This document shows, in pieces, positions 57,770 to 64,000 of a stretch of 64,000 nucleotides of DNA. Below the pieces are notes generated by a model. It was given only the letters and a program-made list of their open reading frames with translations, had not been told where the DNA came from and ran no database searches. The stretch is from Macrostomum lignano (taxonomy: Eukaryota): positions 1 to 64,000 of the forward strand of contig NIVC01002029.1 of NCBI GenBank assembly GCA_002269645.1, given 5' to 3'. The translations under genes and the position numbers were made by a program. Each line of letters begins with the position of its first letter. Position 1 is the stretch's first letter.

Positions 57770-60700
57770 ATGGCCCAAGCTTTGCAACTCACTGCACCAG
57801 ATGCATTTGATATCGATAGCGATCCACTCACACGAGCCCAGAGATGGAAGACTTGGGCACGGAGGTTCAATAGCTACATTCGCGCTGCTGGCATCACAGA
57901 TGCGACACAACAGCTGGAGTTGCTGGTCTACGCAGCGGGAGAGAAGTTGGAAGACTTTATGGAAGACAACAGTGTTCAAAAAGGAAAATCTACAAACGAG
58001 CTCATCCAAAAGCTACAAGAGATCTTCGACCAGAAAAACAGCGTCGTCTTCCTCCGGTACCAATTCGAGACCTGCAGACAGGAGGAGGGGGAGTCCATCG
58101 ATGCGTGGTACCATCGGCTGCGCAAGGCCGCGGATCAATGCGAATTCGGAGAACTACGGGACTCTCTCATCAGGGACAAGGTGGTCGCCCACTACCGATC
58201 GGAGAAGATCAGAAGGGAGCTCCTTCAGCTGAACGATATCTGTCTAGCTGACGTACTGAAGCGAATCCGAGCAAGGGAAGCTGCGGAGCAACAGGCACAG
58301 GCCATGGAAGAAAACAGCTCAGGTGGCGCCGGCGCCATGACGACCGCGAACGTGGCAGCGCTAGGCCCACCCGAGCACGACCGTCGCAGCCATTCAGAAG
58401 GGATCCTGCAATGAAGGACGGTGGCATCAGCTGCGAGCGCTGCGGACGGCCGGGTCATCGAACGTGCGAGGCTGCTAGAGACAAAGCATGTCGACGCTGC
58501 GGTAAGATTGGCCATTTCGCCCGGGCATGTCGGGGAACGTCCAGAATACCCGTGAGAGCTGTCAACAAACCGGACGATCGCTCCTACGGGCAAGTCGAAT
58601 ATCTGCAGGACAACTCCACTGAGCACGAGCTTTTCAGCCTCCGAAATAGCGGATCAGCATGGACTCAAGCCACCGTCAACGGATTCAAGACAACCCTGCT
58701 TATCGACAGTGGAGCGGCCTGCAACATCATCGACAGGGAGGCCTTCGAAAGGATGCCACAGAAGGCCAGGCTCCAAGCAGCCAGTGATCGGGTCTATCCC
58801 TATGGAAGCCAACAGCCACTGAAGCTGCTCGGCAAGATCGACCTACAGGTCAGCGTTTTCGGTTGCCAGGAGACGCTTCCGTTCCTGGTGCTGGACGGAA
58901 AGGGTGCTTGCATAATAGGCCGCAGGAGCGCGGAAGACCTAGGAGTTCTGCGAGTCGGCCCGGAAGACAAGGCAGCGTGTGAGCTACGCTCGGAGTGTCC
59001 GACTGACAGGCTGTTAGCCGGCGTTCCATAAGACCTTCGGCAGTCCCCAGGTGCTCCATCTTTAGACGAAATCCTCAAGGAAAATGCACAGGCCTTCGAC
59101 GGAATCGGCTGTCTTAAGAACTACGCAGCCCGTATCTTCCTGGAAGAGGGCGCAAGACCAGTGTGCCATCCACCATCAAGAGTGCCAATTCACCTCGCCC
59201 AGCAGTGGACGCCGAGCTCCAGTACCTAGAAGAACAAGGCATCATTGAGCCAGTGGAGGGACCCTGCCCGTGGGTTTCTCGTATCGTCGTCGTCCCCAAA
59301 GAAGCTCCTGGCGAGATCAGGATCACTCAGGATCTGAGGGAGCTAAACAAGTCTGTCGTCAGGGAGCGAACCCAATACCGACCTTTGAGGAGGTAACAGG
59401 CGACATGGCAGGAGCGACGCTGTTCTCAGAGTTGGACGTCGCAAAAGCTTTCTATCAAATCCCTGTGTCAGAGGAGTGCCGGCATCTTCTAACTTTTTCA
59501 ATGCCTCGAGGTCTTCGGCGGCTGACGAGACTCTGCATGGGGCTATCAACGGCGCAGAAATTCTTCAAGCTGTTATGTCATCCGCGCTGGCTGGACTTTC
59601 AAAAGTAAAATGGATCCACGATGACATTATTGTCTATGGCCACAGCGTGGCGGAGCATCACAACAATCTGCGGGAGTGCCTCCAGCGGCTGGCGCAGCAC
59701 GGACTGACGCTCAACCCGGCCAAGTGCAAGCTGGCACGAACGCAAGTCACCTTCATGGGGATGCGATTGTCGAAGGACGGAGTCAGGCCAACCGAGTCAA
59801 AGCTGGAGGCAGTTAATGCATTTGCAGAGCCAACGAATGTCACGGAGGTGCGCTCGTTCTTGGGACTTGTCAACTACCTGGCCGCATTCACCCCGAGGCT
59901 GGCGGACCTGGCAAAGCCGCTGCGCAACCTGACAAGGAAGGGCCAGCCCTGGGCATGGGCCGATCTGGAAAGACAAGCCTTCAGCGACATCAAGTCTCAA
60001 ATCGCGTCAAGTGGCTCTCTTGCCTTTTTCAACCATCGCCTTCCGACGCAACTCATTGTCGACGCTGGGCCAGCGGGGCTGGGTGCAATCCTGTCACAGA
60101 CACAATCGGACGGAACCAGGCGGCCCATCGCATACGCTAGCCGGACACTGTCGGACGTTGAGCAACGCTATTCCCAAACAGAGAAAGAGGCGTTGGCCGT
60201 GAAGTTCGGCTGTTTAAAGTTTCAATTCTAACTCCACGGCGCGCCGATGTTCACGGTGCAAACCGACCACAAGCCACTGGTTGCTCTGTTCGGCAGCAGT
60301 TCGAGACCCCCTCCGAGAATCGAAAGGATGGCATTGCGCATTCAGCGTATGAAATTCACAGTCGAGTACCAGCCGGGCCCGCTCAACCCGGCAGACGTGC
60401 TCAGCCGACAGCCACTGCCGACACCCGCACCGAATGTGGGCGAACAGCTGGATGCACTTTCCATCGCCGCTGTTGTACAGGCGGCCGTACCAAATGCGCT
60501 GTCACTGACCAGCGTACAGAAGAGCTCGCAAAAGGACGCAACAATTCAAGCGGCGATTCGCGCCTTAGAGACAGGGCGGTGGAGCCTGGAGTCAGCAGAA
60601 CTGCGGTCGCTGCATGCGCTGCGTCACGAACTGTCGGCAGTGGACGGGGTGCTCCTACGGGGCCAGCGGATCATCGTCCCGGTGGCGCTCCGACGGCTTG

Positions 60701-61805
60701 TACTGGATCTAGCGCACCGGGGGCACCAGTGCACACGTAAGACGCTGGACCGGCTGAACACCAAGGTCTGGTGGCCAAGGATGCAACTGGAGACGGAGCG
60801 CTTCATAGCCACGTGCCGGGCCTGCCTGGCGACCTCGCACGCCGCTGACGTGACTGCATCACCGCTAAAGCCGACGCCCATCCCGAAGGCGGCCTGGCTG
60901 ACGCTCGGGCGGATCTGCTAGGACCCATTCAAGGCAGCATGCTGCTAGTCTGCGTCGATCAATACTCCCGATTTCCCGAGGTGGAGGTTGTCCAGACCAC
61001 GACGGCTGAGGCGCTAATCCCTCGACTGAGGAGTTCATTCGTCCGGTTTGGAATCCCTCAAACGTTAGTTACTGACAACGGCCCACCGTTCTCTTCAGCC
61101 CAGTTCAAGAGCTTCCTGGACAGCTACGGAATTCGGCAGCGCCTCATCACACCGTTACATCCACAGGCCAACGGCGCCACCGAGCGTTTGAATCGTTCCA
61201 TCAACAAGGTGGTGCGCGCTGCGATCGCACAGAAGCGCGACTGGAGAGCGGCCCTTGACGAGTGGCTGCTGGCCTATCGGTGCACGCCTCAGCGAACAAC
61301 TGGACGGGCGCCTGCCGAGCTCCTCATGGGTCGCGTGCTGAACGACTCCATCCCGTCGGTCAGACCGTCGAGACCGGTGGCCATCGCCGACCGGAAGCTT
61401 CGGCAGCGCGACGCACTTCGAAAGGCGCAAGGCAAGCTCTACACAGACCGGAAGCGACTGGCGAGACCGCACAAGCTCAAGGTTGGCGACACAGTGCTGC
61501 GGCGGCGACTGAATCCGCTCAAGGGAGACACGCCGTTCGAGTGGGACCCCTGGCTCATCGAGGAGATCAAGGCGGACTCGGCGACGATACGACAGGGTGC
61601 CAGAGTTTGCAGGCGGCACTGCACCGACCTAAAGCGAGTGGCACCGGAGTCCGAGCCTGACAATCCGGGCGAGCTGCCAGCGATGCCGCAACCGGAAGTG
61701 AATGCGCCTCCGCCGCAGCCAGCCGCAGGCGAGCGAGCGGCCTCGCCCATTGCGTTGCGGCCACATCCCCGGGCGGCGAAGGTGAACGTGAACTACAAGG
61801 CTTGA
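57770..61805 (+). pseudogene. Retrotransposon gag-pol, frameshifted
   Basis: Gag with two zinc knuckles (CERCGRPGHRTC, CRRCGKIGHFARAC), protease DSG, RT (ELDVAKAFYQI; WIHDDIIV), RNase H (IVDAG; YSQTEKEALA), integrase (HRGH...CRAC; VDQYSRF; TDNG; ANGATER). About 5 frameshifts and 2 in-frame TAA stops (59029, 60229). Confidence 0.92.
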
Positions 61806-61950
61806 AAAAGGTTTTTGTTAAACGGTAGCATCTGATTTTTGTATTTTTTGCTGGACTTTTGCTAAAATTGTAACAGAATGAAATTTAACAAAAACAGATT
61901 TTTTAAACCCAACTTTAAAATTTTGCTTTTAAGCCGTATTTGAGGAGAGA

Positions 61951-62138
61951 TGTAGTGTAGTTCAGTGCGATGTACAATATTGGCGCGCAAATATTATTAG
62001 TCACGTGTTGCAATGTATTACGTAAGACTCACGCGCACTTACTCTTCACATATATAAATATACTTGCAGGGCAAGTCGGCCCATTTCTAAGACTCTTCGT
62101 GCACTCGCAAACCCTCCGATTTTGTCTGAGTCACTACA
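61951..62138 (+). repeat. 3' LTR
   Basis: Direct repeat of 57515-57702. Confidence 0.97.
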
Positions 62139-62253
62139 CTGTCTCTGCAGTGTTTTGTCTGGACGGATTTGTCTATGGCCAAACCCCACTCAGCGCCGTG
62201 CAGAACAGCAAATCTTTAGGAAATCCGCTGTTGCCCCTCTCCAAAAGTACGGC

Positions 62254-62428
62254 AAGGTCGGGGGTTCGATTCTCGACCTGCTTGGAACAATTTGTGTCCA
62301 TAAGCAAGACACTTCACTCTGCATTGCTTCAGCTCACCCAGCTGTAAAATGGGTGCCAGCATTAGCTGGGGTAATTGAGGGTGTGTGTGGCGACTCCCCA
62401 GTCCTTGGACTGAACAGCCGTACGCAGT
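62254..62428 (+). mobile_element. 5'- and 3'-truncated CORE-SINE copy
   Basis: B-box GGTTCGATTC, core TGTGTCCATAAGCAAGACACTT...CTGTAAAATGGG. Collinear with the reverse complement of 50625-50800. Confidence 0.85.
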
Positions 62429-62817
62429 CTTGAGTTGAGATACTGAGAACTTTGTGATAAAAACTGAAATCTTCCCATCTCGCCTCGAGCAGAATCTGCC
62501 AGTACGGCGTAATTCTACCCTAGAAACTTTTGTCCTGCTACAGATCCGGATAAAAATCAAAGAACCAGTATGAACCGGATCCAAACCGGAGTCTTGATCA
62601 AATTCAACGCATTTTGCACACAAGCGGCTCAAGGAGCCGTGAGCTGCTAGCAGCGGGTGGCAGTCTCAGATTCAACTGCCGAGCACGCGATGCAGGTTGG
62701 CTGGGCTGAGTCTGTGACTCCGATGAGCTGAAACAGAACACTTATAGACTTGCTATAAATAGGTATCCGGTATGGACATCCCGTTTGATATGTTTCTTGT
62801 CAGACAGTCTGTTTTAG

Positions 62818-63028
62818 AATGATATTGGAGTGATATTGGAGTGATGTTGGAGTGATATTGGAGTGACATTGGAGTGATATTGGAGTGATATTGGAGTGAT
62901 ATTGGAGTGATATTGGAGTGATATTGGAGTGATATTGAAGTGATATTGGAGAGACATTGGAGTGTTATTGGATTGATATTGAGGTGATATTGGGGTGATA
63001 TTTTGGTGATATTGGGGTTATATTGGGG
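62818..63028. repeat. 11-bp tandem GATATTGGAGT
   Basis: Tandem units visible. Confidence 0.95.
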
Positions 63029-63644
63029 CCTAAGCATTTTTAATCTCCGTGATCCTTGTCTAAGAGACTTACGAGTACTTAGTATGAAGTCCTAAAATCT
63101 CTATATTGAAAAGTCAGCTAGCATTAGAAATTTGAAATCGATAAACATAATTAACTTTCAGATCTCTTCACTTTCTCTCTCTATCCAGGTCACCTGTGCT
63201 CTCGCTTTGCTAGGCTGGATCCATAGCAGTAATAAAGTTTGCATTATACAGTTTCAGATACAGTAGCTGGGTAGGCTGATCGGGTTTTGCCAGCTAAACT
63301 TAGCAGTCCTTGAACTTGAAGCGAGTTTAGTCCTGCTATGCTGTCAATGGAGTTTACAATCGCACAGCTGAATTCAAATTTCAAGCAAAAAACTGCACAG
63401 CCAGAGAACAAGTAGTTCTGACTCAATCGTATTTGATCAGTCTGGGAACTCTGTGCAATAACAGCTGTCAGACATGCAGGCTTGTACTCGTAATGGCGCT
63501 TTTAACTTCAAACAATCTTCTGGGGGGGGGGACAATTTACCAGGTTTTGATGGTATTTCAAATATATTTTCCTAAAAAATAGGTTAGAGTGATCCTCTAG
63601 CAAGCCATGCGAGCGTAGACCCACTTTTTTGTTCCACTGTTCCC

Positions 63645-63835
63645 TGCTTTCTGACCACACTGTCCCCTGCTTTCTGTCCACTGTCCCCTGCTTTCTGTCC
63701 ACTGTCCCCTGCTTTCTGTCCACACTGTCCCTGCTTTCTGTCCACACTGTCCCCTGCTTTCTGTCCACTGTCCTTTGCTTTCTGTCCACTGTCCCCTGCT
63801 TTCTGTCCACTGTCCCCTGCTTTCTGTCCAATGTC
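63645..63835. repeat. 21-bp tandem CTGTCCCCTGCTTTCTGTCCA
   Basis: About 9 units. Confidence 0.95.
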
Positions 63836-64000
63836 CTTGGAAAAAATTCGAGATCACACATGTGCGCTACAGATGGAAAAGTTCAAATCGAAATGATTTG
63901 TTTATTCAAATTGGCGCGATTATAACTGTAAATATTAACAAAACCACTGCGGTTAGGTTAAATATTTCTATATTACTAAGCGAGAAAAATGTGTATGGTT

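Larger units (their letters stand above)
57515..62138 (+). mobile_element. Full-length Gypsy/Ty3 (Mag-like) LTR retrotransposon, coding region disrupted
   Basis: 188-bp LTRs 57515-57702 and 61951-62138 (TG...CA, 3 mismatches). 5-bp TSD CTGTC. PBS TGGCGTCGCAAG follows the 5' LTR and a purine tract GAGGAGAGA precedes the 3' LTR. Domain order gag-PR-RT-RH-IN. Confidence 0.97.

Overview
Eukaryotic (metazoan) genomic DNA, very rich in mini- and microsatellites, with spliceosomal GT-AG introns. The repeat landscape and gene families suggest a free-living flatworm such as Macrostomum, but this is inference only. Supported genes: (1) an isolated minus-strand Ig V-type exon (15347-15691); (2) a divergent 5-exon tubulin-tyrosine-ligase-like gene, closest by motif to TTLL10-type glycylases (25341-27903, +); (3) an intronless rhodopsin-class peptide-receptor-like GPCR (30960-32375, -); (4) a 6-exon short collagen gene I reconstructed by hand, with an N-terminal membrane anchor, a furin site and a C-terminal GPI-like signal (45104-51071, +); (5) a 2-exon DEG/ENaC channel (52558-57202, -). 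Mobile DNA: a complete but decayed Gypsy (Mag-like) LTR retrotransposon with 188-bp LTRs and a CTGTC target-site duplication (57515-62138), a foldback element (8902-9615), a non-autonomous hAT-like element (23640-24492), several CORE-SINE copies and a second tRNA-derived SINE. About 25 tandem arrays explain most of the long ORFs in the supplied track. There is no CRISPR array, rRNA or intact tRNA. The most novel candidate is the apparently doubly membrane-anchored collagen.
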